Shown in pieces: positions 49,221-59,340 of a stretch of DNA of 64,000 bases (its first letter is position 1; every line of letters starts with the position of its first letter). Under the pieces are notes generated by a model, which did no database searches, had not been told where the DNA came from, and saw nothing but the letters and a program-made list of their open reading frames with translations. The translations under genes and the position numbers were made by a program. This stretch comes from Candidatus Melainabacteria bacterium 17Bon1m (GTDB lineage Bacteria; Cyanobacteriota; Vampirovibrionia; Obscuribacterales; Obscuribacteraceae), in contig JAVLKG010000003.1 in assembly GCA_032128875.1 (NCBI GenBank), positions 417,008 through 481,007 on the forward strand, in the 5' to 3' direction.

Positions 49221-49507
49221 TTCTGACTCTTTCATAATGCCCTTGAAAATGCGCAATCTAACCTCTTTCTCGCGCAAATTTGAAAGATCTTTTGTTTTTG
49301 TAGCGCAGGCAACAATGTCGCTTTGAATTTTGTTATTGGCAAAACAAAATTCCGGAAAAATCAATATCACTCGATGTGGTATCACGCGCCAATCGCAGTG
49401 GGATGGTAACGCGGCACCGTATATGGTGCGGATATGCGCCGGCTTGGTCGAGTTAGCTCCTGTATCCAATCACTGAATTTTGTCAGCGTATCTAAGAAGT
49501 GAATAAA

Positions 49508-50062
49508 TCAGTGAATCAATTTGAGCGTGGGCATTTTTTTAGCTGCTATTTGCGAGCTGTCTTCGTCCGTGCAAGGCGGCTCTGTCATAAGCCTGGTGAT
49601 TGATTTTGCCAGCTCTAGCCGATTGTTTTCTTTGTAAGTGACATACCGCTCTTCCAGGCGTCCGTCTTTGAACAGTAGGACAGCGGGCACTTCCGGCACG
49701 TCATACTTGTAACTCAGTCCCAGATTCTTGTTCAAGTCGAGCCTGACGTAATCGACCTTTCCGCCAAATTTCGATACTAACTCGATAATCGATTTGGCTG
49801 CCGGATCGCAAGCAGGACAAGTGGGCAGCGAAAATTCGACCAAAACAATTCCTCGTCTTGCCAGCACGCGCGTACGAAACTTCAATTCCTGCTCGTTCTT
49901 CAAAGTGCGAGCAAGGTGTTCGTTTTGTTCGGCTTTATTGCCCAGAGGCACATAAGTGCCCAGCTGATCTGCGCCGATTTGTGCTGCGCACGGCAAAACG
50001 TTAGTGCAGGCAAGCAGCAAGATTGATACGCATCTAGCGAAAGGCAAATTCATATGAACCAA
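49508..50062 (-). CDS. Exported thioredoxin-domain protein (CPAC)
   Basis: Signal peptide, VEFSLPTCPAC and VPAVLLFKDG. Confidence 0.85.
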   Translation of the reverse strand: MVHMNLPFARCVSILLLACTNVLPCAAQIGADQLGTYVPLGNKAEQNEHLARTLKNEQELKFRTRVLARRGIVLVEFSLPTCPACDPAAKSIIELVSKFGGKVDYVRLDLNKNLGLSYKYDVPEVPAVLLFKDGRLEERYVTYKENNRLELAKSITRLMTEPPCTDEDSSQIAAKKMPTLKLIH

Positions 50063-50281
50063 TCGGTCGGTCGGTGTTTAGTTTACCGTGTGAATATGTC
50101 GGCTTCTTCACGAAGGGCCCCCTCGAAGTCGCGACCAGGTCGCCCCAAAACGCAAGCTGGACAAGCTTCAAGGGAAAGCTCGCTTAGTTAATCTCTCTTG
50201 CTCAGATCTACATAGTGGATATACGTATGTACTTTTGATGAAGCGAATGTTATATCCATCTCAATATCGAGGACTGCTGCC

Positions 50282-51520
50282 GTGCAAAGACGCATGTCTG
50301 GACAGAATCTTGGACCCGAATCGGGACTTAAGCCGGGAATGGGCATGGGTTTGAAGCTGGAATTGGATCATGTCATTGTTTCTCTAAAGAAACGGATCCT
50401 GATTCCAGGTCTTATTCTTGTCGGCGTTTTGATCTGGTTCAGCCTTTGTAGAGCCTTTTATGAGAGCTACTGGACAGGCACCGTCCATCGCGTTCAAACC
50501 GTCGACTTCAATCTTTTGCACCACACGCTGCCGAGTACTCTTTCGCAGCTGATTGTTTCCGGTCGCGACGACCAAATTCAGCGTGTGCTGGATTCAACCT
50601 ATGGACTCTTTGGGCTGGTGATTACCGACCCGACGGGCAATTCTATTCTTTATCAAACGGACAAGGTCTACCGCCGTAAGTCCTGGCAGAAGCGCCTTAG
50701 CCCGGAGAATCTCAAGACAGAGACTGAGCCTTACGACCTGCTTACGGACCCGCCGCCCATCAGTGCTGCTTACGAGCACAAATCGCCCAGATCTTCTGGC
50801 GCCGTGAAAGTGGAAGGCGAAAGTCGGCCAAGTCGTGTGCTGGGCCGTATCTATTACATGCGTTCTTACCCGCCAACATTGCTTGAAGATTTGAATAACT
50901 TCCTGACCACTGGATTCTGGGAATTGTCCGGCTCCAAGCGCGGTTATCTCTTCATCACTTTGTCATCGATTTTCTTCTGCCTGGTTGTCGTGCTGCTCAT
51001 CTGGTTGAGGCGTCGCGGCATCGAGTTGAAAGAGAAGGAACTCGAGCATATTCAAAAAGAGCTTGAAATCAGACAGCGCGCTCTTGCTCATTTATCGGGC
51101 GAGCTGGCCAATCAGAAGACCAGAAAAGCTTGGTTGGAAAAAGAAGCCGAACAATCATATAAACGTGCGCTCGGACTAAAACAATCTCTGGAGCGTCTGA
51201 GAGATTCACTGGCATTGGTCAGTGGGCAGCAAATTACAGTCCAGCAGGCGGAAAACCTTGATCCGCATCAAATGGTGAAGGTGCGCCCTCCCGTGCATCC
51301 GCCCAGCGCTTTGCTAGAGGAAATTGAACTGTTGATTCCGGCGCTTTCCGACAATGCCAAGGCGCTCCGCTCACAAGCAGGTTTGTTGCAAGACTATTGT
51401 CAGATTCTCGAGAACCGACAGGTTGAGATGCACCAGCTCGTGGAAAACGCTTACAACAGAGCGCAACAAGTTTCCGATCGATTTATTGACATGCGTCCTG
51501 GCACGACCGTTAACAACTGA
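50282..51520 (+). CDS. Hypothetical 2-TM protein with extracytoplasmic domain and cytoplasmic coiled coil; start uncertain
   Basis: TM1 LIPGLILVGVLIW, TM2 LFITLSSIFFCLVVVLLIW; no catalytic motifs. Confidence 0.75.
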   Translation: MQRRMSGQNLGPESGLKPGMGMGLKLELDHVIVSLKKRILIPGLILVGVLIWFSLCRAFYESYWTGTVHRVQTVDFNLLHHTLPSTLSQLIVSGRDDQIQRVLDSTYGLFGLVITDPTGNSILYQTDKVYRRKSWQKRLSPENLKTETEPYDLLTDPPPISAAYEHKSPRSSGAVKVEGESRPSRVLGRIYYMRSYPPTLLEDLNNFLTTGFWELSGSKRGYLFITLSSIFFCLVVVLLIWLRRRGIELKEKELEHIQKELEIRQRALAHLSGELANQKTRKAWLEKEAEQSYKRALGLKQSLERLRDSLALVSGQQITVQQAENLDPHQMVKVRPPVHPPSALLEEIELLIPALSDNAKALRSQAGLLQDYCQILENRQVEMHQLVENAYNRAQQVSDRFIDMRPGTTVNN

Positions 51521-51769
51521 GCACGGCGGGCAATTAAATACTGTAACCGCGTATGTCTCTTGATTTCGTGTTGTTGCTTAGTATTTGGCTGACTATAAGT
51601 AGGCCATGATAAGCTAATGGCTGTGGGACTAACGCCGCCCGCATCCCGTGATTATATAAGTGGGATGGGTAGGTGATTTAGCATGTAGCCCGCGCAATGC
51701 GAGCTTTTTCTGGCCGACTCGTTTTAGAGTCCCGGAAGAACCCTGGAGTATCTGGAGCAAGAGGAAATA

Positions 51770-54700
51770 ATGAAACCAGCCTCCGGTAAGAAACTGACGC
51801 TGTCGCTGAATTCCTTGCAGGAATCGAGCAGCGAGCCCGTCTATCGCCGTGGTGTGCAGTACTATCGCCGCAAAAAGGTTCTTAAGTACGAAGAGACCGA
51901 GGGCGGTCAGAAGATTGATGCTCTCGTCATTGGCTCGGAGCCGCAGCCGTATAAGGTTCATGTCGAGATCGAGTCGGAAGAAGTTTTCAAAGCCGAATGC
52001 TCCTGCCCATATTTCGAAGAAGTCTGCAAGCACTCAGTGGCAGTTATTCTTACGCATATTGCTCGTGGCAATCCCGGCATAAGATTTGATCTGGCGGAAA
52101 ACGACAGAGGGCGCGACAATCAGCAAGAGCGGGCGCCGAAAGCTAAAGATATGCTCGATGACGCCAAGGGCGCCGAGCCTGATCCTGATGATCAGCGCCA
52201 TCAACTAGGCGTTTTGGTTTTGGAAAAACCACTTGCTTTGATCGTCGGAACCGTGCCGCAAGAGAAGCAAGGCAAGGTCAACATTCTCAAAGTGCCACCG
52301 GAGTTTTTGAATGTTCTCGAGCCCGAGTCCAGAATTTATCGGCTCACAAAATATTTGACTCAATTGCCTCAGACCACCAAGGGCATTGCCGGTGGGCATC
52401 GCATTCCTCGCGGCGATGAAGGCACCGTAATCGGACATTTGAGCCTGTGCAGCAAGCTAGTTAACACCGCAGACGGCAGCGAAGTAAGTTTTTCAAACAA
52501 AGTAATCAAGCCGCTTGCCGTCCTTTCCGAGACGGAAAGTGGTGAGCTGCTGTTGAAACTGGAAGCACGCGACGAAGAAGGCAATTCGCTTGAGCATCCG
52601 GTGTTTTTCCTTGGGCAAAGCAGCTGGGTAATGTCCAAGCATACGTTTTACAGTATTGATTTAAGCGCTATCCATCGGCTTTTCCAATTCTTTGACGCAC
52701 ACGGTCAAATGACGGTGAAGTTGGAAATTGTTCCGAAATTTCTGGCTGTGGATTTGCCGATTTTGCAAAAACGCATGGACGTGCGTCTTGACGAGACCAC
52801 CGCACCGTTTCCTGTTGCTGTCACCGATGCACCTCGCGTCGTTATCAAGCTCGGCGAGCGCAAAGGTGTCCCGACAACTGCGATCGGCAGTGGCCCTAAT
52901 GATGTGTCGCTCGAAGTTTCGCTGTCGTTTGGATATGGCGCGCTTGTTTTGCCTTCGCGTGATGAGACAAGTGCGGTAGAGGCCGAACTCTATACCCGTA
53001 CGATGTCGGAGACCGGACAGAGCGTTTGGGTGAAGCGCCAATGGGAGTTGGAGCACCAGGTGCGCCGCTTCCTGAGCAACTTGCAGCCCACTCGCACGAT
53101 TGCGGATCGTTTCTTCTTTGCTGACGAAGCAGCGCTGGATGCTCTCTATTACTTGTCCTCCGAGCAGTGTGCGGAGTGGGAAGTCGCCGGCATTGACGCG
53201 CTGAAAAATTACAAGGTCCGCAAAGAGCCGCTTAAGCTCAAAGCGAAGCTGTCACTTAAGAAAGACTCTTTCAAGTTCGATTTCGATCTCGATTGCTCTT
53301 CCAATGGCGAAGCAATTCCCTTTCCGCTCGTTATCGAGTCACTTTTCCGCAACCGCAATTACCTTAAGTTGTCTTCCGGCGAATGCGTCAGATTGCCGAT
53401 GACGACACTTTTGAGCCTGCTCAAAACCATCGGTCAGAGCAAAGATACATCGCGACCGCTTTACCAGGCGTTGCCGATTGCGCACGCACTCGAAACGCAT
53501 GAAATTGAAATCGATGCGGATCAAGGTTTCCAAAACTTTCTGCAGAAGATTCACAATTTCAGAGAGCTTGAAGGAATTGAGCTTCCTGAGTCGTTTGATG
53601 GTGAGTTGCGAACGTATCAGAAGGAAGGCTTCAACTGGCTTTCCTTCCTGCGTGAATACGGACTTGCTGGAATTCTCGCTGATGACATGGGTCTCGGTAA
53701 AACTGTTCAAGCACTTGCGCTGCTTCTCGATCACCACAAAGACGGCAAAAAGAAAATGCCATCAATTGTGGTGGCGCCAACTTCTGTTGTGTACAACTGG
53801 TTGAGCGAGGCAGAACGCTTCACGCCCAAACTCAAAAAGGCACTTTTCCTTGGTCGCGATCGGGGCGAACTTTTGAAGACCCTTCAAAAGGACAATGCCA
53901 AAAAGCCGGATGTGATCTTCACCACATACGGTATCATCCGTCGAGATTATGAAACGCTGAAAGATTTGCAGTTCGAGTTTCTCATCCTCGACGAAGCGCA
54001 GAACATCAAAAATCCGGAATCGGTTGGTGCGATTGCAGCGAAGAGCTTGAAGTCCTTCCACCGATTGGCACTTTCCGGTACGCCTGTAGAGAACAGACTG
54101 AAAGAACTCTGGTCTCTGTTCGACTTCTTGATGCCGGATTTCTTGAGTACCTACAAAGATTTCAACGAAACTTTCGAGCGCCCGATCGAAGCAGGTTTGG
54201 ATGGCGCCGGACAAAAACTCCGGAAGATCGTTCACCCATTTATTTTGAGAAGGCTGAAGAGCCAGGTCGAGAAGGAACTTCCGGATCGTACCGATATCAT
54301 TCATCTTTGCGAACTGGAAGACGATCAGCGTTCGCTCTATCTCGACGTTTTGGACGAATGCCGTCAGAAGGTTTTCAACGAGATTGCTTCTCGTGGCATC
54401 AAACGTTCGCAGATTTCCGTGCTCGCGGCGTTGCTTAGACTTCGTCAGGTATGTTGCGACCCACGTTTGCTCAAGAATCGCGGTGATGCTCCTGCAGCTG
54501 CGTCTGCGAAGCTCTCTGCATTCATCGCCATGATCGACGAAATCATCGATGAAGGTCACAAAATTCTTGTCTTCAGTCAATTCGTCGAAATGCTCACTCT
54601 CATTCGTGCCGAACTGGAGAAAGCTGGTATCGATTATGCGTACATCGATGGTCAGACGCCGGCGAAAGAGCGTCTTGATCGCGTTAATAACTTCAACGCC

Positions 54701-55018
54701 GATCCCAAGCTGCCGATATTTCTTATCAGCTTGAAGGCCGGTGGTACCGGTCTCAACCTGACTGGCGCCGATTACGTTATCCACTACGACCCATGGTGGA
54801 ACCCTGCGGTCGAAAATCAGGCTACCGACCGGGCGCACCGTATCGGTCAGACAAGGCATGTATTCAACTACAAGCTGATCACGCGCGGAACAGTAGAAGA
54901 GAAAATCCTTGCCCTGCAGAAGAAGAAGAAAGAACTCGCAGAGCTTGTTATGGGTGGCGACGAAAGCGTGGCTAAAGAACTCACGAAAGAAGATCTCGAA
55001 TACCTCTTCTCGTTCTAA
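51770..55018 (+). CDS. SWIM zinc-finger SNF2-family helicase
   Basis: CSCP..CKH, ILADDMGLGKT, DEAQ, SGTP.EN and QATDRAHRIGQ. Confidence 0.95.
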   Translation: MKPASGKKLTLSLNSLQESSSEPVYRRGVQYYRRKKVLKYEETEGGQKIDALVIGSEPQPYKVHVEIESEEVFKAECSCPYFEEVCKHSVAVILTHIARGNPGIRFDLAENDRGRDNQQERAPKAKDMLDDAKGAEPDPDDQRHQLGVLVLEKPLALIVGTVPQEKQGKVNILKVPPEFLNVLEPESRIYRLTKYLTQLPQTTKGIAGGHRIPRGDEGTVIGHLSLCSKLVNTADGSEVSFSNKVIKPLAVLSETESGELLLKLEARDEEGNSLEHPVFFLGQSSWVMSKHTFYSIDLSAIHRLFQFFDAHGQMTVKLEIVPKFLAVDLPILQKRMDVRLDETTAPFPVAVTDAPRVVIKLGERKGVPTTAIGSGPNDVSLEVSLSFGYGALVLPSRDETSAVEAELYTRTMSETGQSVWVKRQWELEHQVRRFLSNLQPTRTIADRFFFADEAALDALYYLSSEQCAEWEVAGIDALKNYKVRKEPLKLKAKLSLKKDSFKFDFDLDCSSNGEAIPFPLVIESLFRNRNYLKLSSGECVRLPMTTLLSLLKTIGQSKDTSRPLYQALPIAHALETHEIEIDADQGFQNFLQKIHNFRELEGIELPESFDGELRTYQKEGFNWLSFLREYGLAGILADDMGLGKTVQALALLLDHHKDGKKKMPSIVVAPTSVVYNWLSEAERFTPKLKKALFLGRDRGELLKTLQKDNAKKPDVIFTTYGIIRRDYETLKDLQFEFLILDEAQNIKNPESVGAIAAKSLKSFHRLALSGTPVENRLKELWSLFDFLMPDFLSTYKDFNETFERPIEAGLDGAGQKLRKIVHPFILRRLKSQVEKELPDRTDIIHLCELEDDQRSLYLDVLDECRQKVFNEIASRGIKRSQISVLAALLRLRQVCCDPRLLKNRGDAPAAASAKLSAFIAMIDEIIDEGHKILVFSQFVEMLTLIRAELEKAGIDYAYIDGQTPAKERLDRVNNFNADPKLPIFLISLKAGGTGLNLTGADYVIHYDPWWNPAVENQATDRAHRIGQTRHVFNYKLITRGTVEEKILALQKKKKELAELVMGGDESVAKELTKEDLEYLFSF

Positions 55019-55270
55019 GTTTCTTAAAGGTAAAAAATAGACTTACCGCGATCTCAAGACTTTATTAAATGTCGGGATTTTAGCGGTTTAGAGCATTATC
55101 GGCGTTACCCTCTCGCGGGGGACGGGAATATTTAACTTGACATCATGCGGCCTATCGCCGAAATACCGGCGAAATGACCAGTAAATAAGCCGTCCTGCAA
55201 AGAACGGCCACAAGGTCAAAATTAGAGTCATGTGCTGAACTCCTGCAACGTGCCTGGAGGCGTTCTTATT

Positions 55271-55903
55271 ATGCGTAAATCAAAACTCCAAAGACGGAGC
55301 CAAACCGGCAGTATTGCTGAGTTTGCACCTGTCTTATTTATTTTCTTCATGATGATTCTATTTCCGCTCATTAACTTGATCGGTTATGGAACTGCCTGCG
55401 CTACGGTTCAATTTATTGGGACCAACTGTGCCACAGCCGCTCAAAATGCTGCTAGCTATAACGACGCATTGAGCGCAGTCGAAAACATGGCTAAAGGCTT
55501 AACAAGCTCTGGGTTTGGCAAGTTTGCCAATCTAAGTCCCACAGGTGGTTATAAGAACTGCGGCGTCGATCTCTATGTGATTGAAATCGACTATTCAAAT
55601 AACAATCGCCAGACATTCGGACCGAATACCGAATTGCCGCATGCTTACGATTCAAGCAAAATCTACGAATATCAGGCTCGTTGCAATTTCCAAATCAATC
55701 CGTTTTTGAACCTTTCAGGAGTGCCGGGAATAGGAAGCGTTCCGATCATTGGCAAGCCGAGTGCAATGGCATCTAATGCGTGCCGCAGCGCAGAGCATCC
55801 GGAAGGACTCAGCTCGATTGCTGTTGCTGCACCGCCTCTTCCAATCGTAACTCCGCCTCCTCCCCCGCCAACGACGACAGGACCCGTTTTTATCTTCCCG
55901 TAG
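55271..55903 (+). CDS. TadE-like pseudopilin
   Basis: GGAGG RBS; basic leader RRSQTG|SIAEFAPVLFIFF. Confidence 0.75.
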   Translation: MRKSKLQRRSQTGSIAEFAPVLFIFFMMILFPLINLIGYGTACATVQFIGTNCATAAQNAASYNDALSAVENMAKGLTSSGFGKFANLSPTGGYKNCGVDLYVIEIDYSNNNRQTFGPNTELPHAYDSSKIYEYQARCNFQINPFLNLSGVPGIGSVPIIGKPSAMASNACRSAEHPEGLSSIAVAAPPLPIVTPPPPPPTTTGPVFIFP

Positions 55904-55936
55904 GAAGAAACGGCTCTTTCATCATGACTTTAGTTT

Positions 55937-55970
55937 CTGACCAGCCTGTTCGCATAATCAGGCTGGTCAG
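55937..55970. terminator. Hairpin between convergent genes
   Basis: 12-bp stem ctgaccagcctg/caggctggtcag. Confidence 0.65.
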
Positions 55971-55975
55971 TCTAT

Positions 55976-56890
55976 TTATGGGAGTTTTAAGGTTGCGCCG
56001 GGAGATGCTGCAGTGATCGATACACTCATTGGTGCATTTAATTGTTCGCCACCAGTGCTTACCTTCGTCGTTGAAATCATTTGAACTGCTGATGGCAGGA
56101 ACTTACATTTCGTAAAATCGTTGCCTGCTTCAGGTCCCGCAGTCATGAGCTTTCGGAATACACTATTGGAAGTAAGTCTTGCCGGAGAAATTGTGTTCTT
56201 TGCCGACGCTGGCAAGGAGCAAAAGTCGAATTTCAAGTCGTCGTCTGGTGCAGGCAGTTTTGCATTAATGTTGGGAAGATAGACGAAGCTTTTGGGTGTA
56301 ATGTATTTCTCTTGAGAATCGAATTCTCTCAAGTCCGGCAGTCCTTCAGCTGAAGTGAGATTTGTAAGGACGCCATCGATGTAGCCTGCATCAACGGTCT
56401 TTACTTTCATCGCTCCGGCAGTCACTCCGGGTAACTTCAGCTCATTTCCACTGGCAGAAGTCTCTGCGATTTGATTCGCACTTTTTTGCAAGTCTTTCAT
56501 GATTAGGACTGTTAGCTCTTTGCGCTCGTCTTCAATTAGGCGAGCTGATTGTCTTGCTTCATCGAGCAGCTGTAATGCAATCGGTTTCATTCGCTGGTGG
56601 TGCGCAATTGCTTCATCAAGCGCTGACCTGGAAGAGAATACGAGTTCTCTAGAAAACTCAGTCATGTTGTTCATTTGACCGACCCAGTCGTCTTTGTTTA
56701 TGGCATTTGCCATCTCAAGTGAAAGATTCTCGACCTGGCTCTGTGTGCGTTTTTGAGACATCATCATCATCGATACAACGATTCCGATTCCCAGCACTCC
56801 GACTACTATTACGATTACAAGGACGACAACCATCAACATGTTTCCGCGTCGATTTCGTTGACTCGCTGTAGGTGATTTTGACGTAGACAT
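55976..56890 (-). CDS. TadG-like/pilin-like protein with prepilin-type leader
   Basis: RNRRG|NMLMVVVLVIV hydrophobic N-terminal helix. Confidence 0.6.
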   Translation of the reverse strand: MSTSKSPTASQRNRRGNMLMVVVLVIVIVVGVLGIGIVVSMMMMSQKRTQSQVENLSLEMANAINKDDWVGQMNNMTEFSRELVFSSRSALDEAIAHHQRMKPIALQLLDEARQSARLIEDERKELTVLIMKDLQKSANQIAETSASGNELKLPGVTAGAMKVKTVDAGYIDGVLTNLTSAEGLPDLREFDSQEKYITPKSFVYLPNINAKLPAPDDDLKFDFCSLPASAKNTISPARLTSNSVFRKLMTAGPEAGNDFTKCKFLPSAVQMISTTKVSTGGEQLNAPMSVSITAASPGATLKLP

Positions 56891-56892
56891 AA

Positions 56893-57525
56893 TTAGAATC
56901 CGTAATTCATGTATTGCTGGCGGCCCGCTGGTTCGGAGCGTATGCTCAGAGTTGCAAGACTTGGAGAAAATTGCCCGGGGACGGCGGTAAAATTCCGAAA
57001 TCCGTGTTTTTGCATACCCTGGATAAAGAGATCAAATGAGTCCTTCGGCACCACAATTGATCTCAGCGGCATCTTGTTGAGATACAAATCGAGATAGATT
57101 CGTATCGTGGCATTCACTGCAGCGCTAATTTCTTCCTGGTTTGAAGAACTACTTGTTGTAATCCTTATAGTTCCTGTCGTCCCGGGTTTCAGGACCAGCT
57201 GTTTATACCGTCGCAAACCAAGTGCACGGGAGTGACTGTAATACAGGTGTTCGTACAGCGTCTCAGGAATTGCCGCGTCAGGTTCAGCACCGCGTTTTTG
57301 CAATTCCCTATCCACATCGCTGGGATCGAGTACGTTTTGCTCAAAATAGATTGATGATCTTATTAGCGGACTTAACTTGGAGTTCGGATAGTTCAAGCAT
57401 GGCTCGACCACCTTGGTCATTATCTGCACCACCCAATCTGCAGTGCCCGCTTTTGCCGGATCTCCCAGCACAAAAAAGACACTCAATACAAGTGCGAGAA
57501 TTCGTAGCATCCGATAGCGAAACAT
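56893..57525 (-). CDS. Hypothetical exported protein
   Basis: Signal peptide ending AKA; abuts the downstream gene. Confidence 0.65.
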   Translation of the reverse strand: MFRYRMLRILALVLSVFFVLGDPAKAGTADWVVQIMTKVVEPCLNYPNSKLSPLIRSSIYFEQNVLDPSDVDRELQKRGAEPDAAIPETLYEHLYYSHSRALGLRRYKQLVLKPGTTGTIRITTSSSSNQEEISAAVNATIRIYLDLYLNKMPLRSIVVPKDSFDLFIQGMQKHGFRNFTAVPGQFSPSLATLSIRSEPAGRQQYMNYGF

Positions 57526-57622
57526 GTTTTTGCGAAATCTCTTTGGATTTGCGTGTAGAGTCTACACGAGTTTAGAGAGTTGCAACCGCAGTTTCAAGCT
57601 GCCGAGAGGTTTGGTCGGGTGC

Positions 57623-58900
57623 TTACCACCAGCCGAAAAGCAATGTGTACACGACTGCGCGGTTGTAATTTGGAATTTTGTAGCCCTGTGGAGTGGTGTC
57701 GCAAGTCTGGTACAGAATGTTATCGAGTCTCACCGCGTTGGTCCACGGAACGAAGCTCTGTAGGAAGGCGATGCCAGCGGCCCAGTACGGACCAGACAAG
57801 GATGTTCCACTTGCGTTCATGATGGCAGCCGGCGTTCCGGTGACAACGGAAATGTTGGTGCCGGGTGCGCCAGCTTTAAAAGGACCGGTATTAGAAAAGG
57901 CTGCTACTTGATTGTTTTCATCGTAGGCCTGAACACGTCTCAAATATTGTTCTGGAGTTGGGTCGACCAAACCGCTGTTTCCGGAACCGTTAACAATCAA
58001 ATCGCCTCGTTTACGTGCAGCTTTTGCAATTTCTTGAATGACTGCAGAACCGTTAAAGGTGGGAAGTGTCGGGTTATTGATACTTACGTTGATGACGCCG
58101 GGACCGCCCCTGAGATTTTGATTGTCGACACACCAAGTCATAGCGCGTAAAACGTCCATCGTGTCGATTGACGCACCGTCATTGGAAATTCGGCAGCAAG
58201 TAACTTTGACTGGCAAGTTGTGGGAGGAAGCACCGGAAATGAATGTGGAATTGTGAGTTCTGGCTGCCATGATTGAAGATACAGCTGTCCCGTGAACCCC
58301 TGAATCAAAAGGAGTTTCAGCTGTTCCGGTGGCGCCGCCAGCGAAATTGTACTGGCGAATATTGGTCATTTCTTCGCCTTCGGTGATCAGGTTATTACCT
58401 GAGTCGATGAGCGTTACGCGGGCCGGACCGCGTTGACCGATGCCGAGCAACTTAAGGGTGCAACGTGCATCATTCCAGTTCATCGCGGAGAGCGCCCACT
58501 GATCAGGGTATTCTGGATCATTTGGAACGCAACTGGGCCTGGGAGGCCAATTGAAGAAGCCAATTAGCCTGGATTGAAAAGTTGCCTCAGTAGACAAAAT
58601 ATTCGGGTCGACTTGCCCGTTGAATTTAGCAATGGCGCCGTTCACGTCGCCATTGTTGGGGCGGACCTGCAAGATGGAGAAGCCGCCGGTCACACAAGGA
58701 ACCTCGCTCAATATCGTGCAACCAGCATCGGTGAGCGATTTCTTTGCGGAAGCAACGTCCCCGCCTGCTTGTGTGCAGACCAATACAGTGTCATTGGCCG
58801 CCTCTGCGCTCGGCATTAATGGAAATGCGCTCAACAGCAGAACCGCTGATACCTTAATGGCGGTTTGTCTAACTCTCTTCCACGAATTTGCATTCAACAT
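57623..58900 (-). CDS. Exported S8 subtilisin-like serine peptidase
   Basis: IDSG, HGT, GSGN and SGTS catalytic motifs; PNDP prodomain junction. Confidence 0.92.
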   Translation of the reverse strand: MLNANSWKRVRQTAIKVSAVLLLSAFPLMPSAEAANDTVLVCTQAGGDVASAKKSLTDAGCTILSEVPCVTGGFSILQVRPNNGDVNGAIAKFNGQVDPNILSTEATFQSRLIGFFNWPPRPSCVPNDPEYPDQWALSAMNWNDARCTLKLLGIGQRGPARVTLIDSGNNLITEGEEMTNIRQYNFAGGATGTAETPFDSGVHGTAVSSIMAARTHNSTFISGASSHNLPVKVTCCRISNDGASIDTMDVLRAMTWCVDNQNLRGGPGVINVSINNPTLPTFNGSAVIQEIAKAARKRGDLIVNGSGNSGLVDPTPEQYLRRVQAYDENNQVAAFSNTGPFKAGAPGTNISVVTGTPAAIMNASGTSLSGPYWAAGIAFLQSFVPWTNAVRLDNILYQTCDTTPQGYKIPNYNRAVVYTLLFGWW

Positions 58901-59340
58901 GATCTGCTACTCCGCATAGGCTTCGCGTTTCCGCTAGGCTACTTCGCCGCGTTAGGAACTGGTTTCAAAAAGCCAAAGTACAAGTACTTTGTGACTGACC
59001 GGGGTCAGACCGCTCTTCGATTTTCGTGCCAAATGTTAGTAACTGAGGAGACTTAGCGGTTCAAAACGCTAATGTGGAATCTTGTCCGCAACTCTCCACG
59101 TAAAACGATTTTAGAACGTCACGGGAGAGTCATCAAGATACTGAGTTTCGGCACGGCTGACAGGTAAGGTTATTACCTATAAGCGACTATGCCCATGCAA
59201 AATGAGGCGGTATCGGTTTTGTACCGAAAAGAGGAACATCAATTTTCGATTTAATATCCAATCCGTGAGGATCGGATTTAACCCATTATTCGCTGAATTA
59301 ATGTGGGAATAAGGTCAGTAGCCTCAAACGTGCCAATTCT

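Noticed and set aside
53762-54859. 365-aa minus-strand ORF
   Set aside because: Antisense to the conserved SNF2 core, with no motifs.
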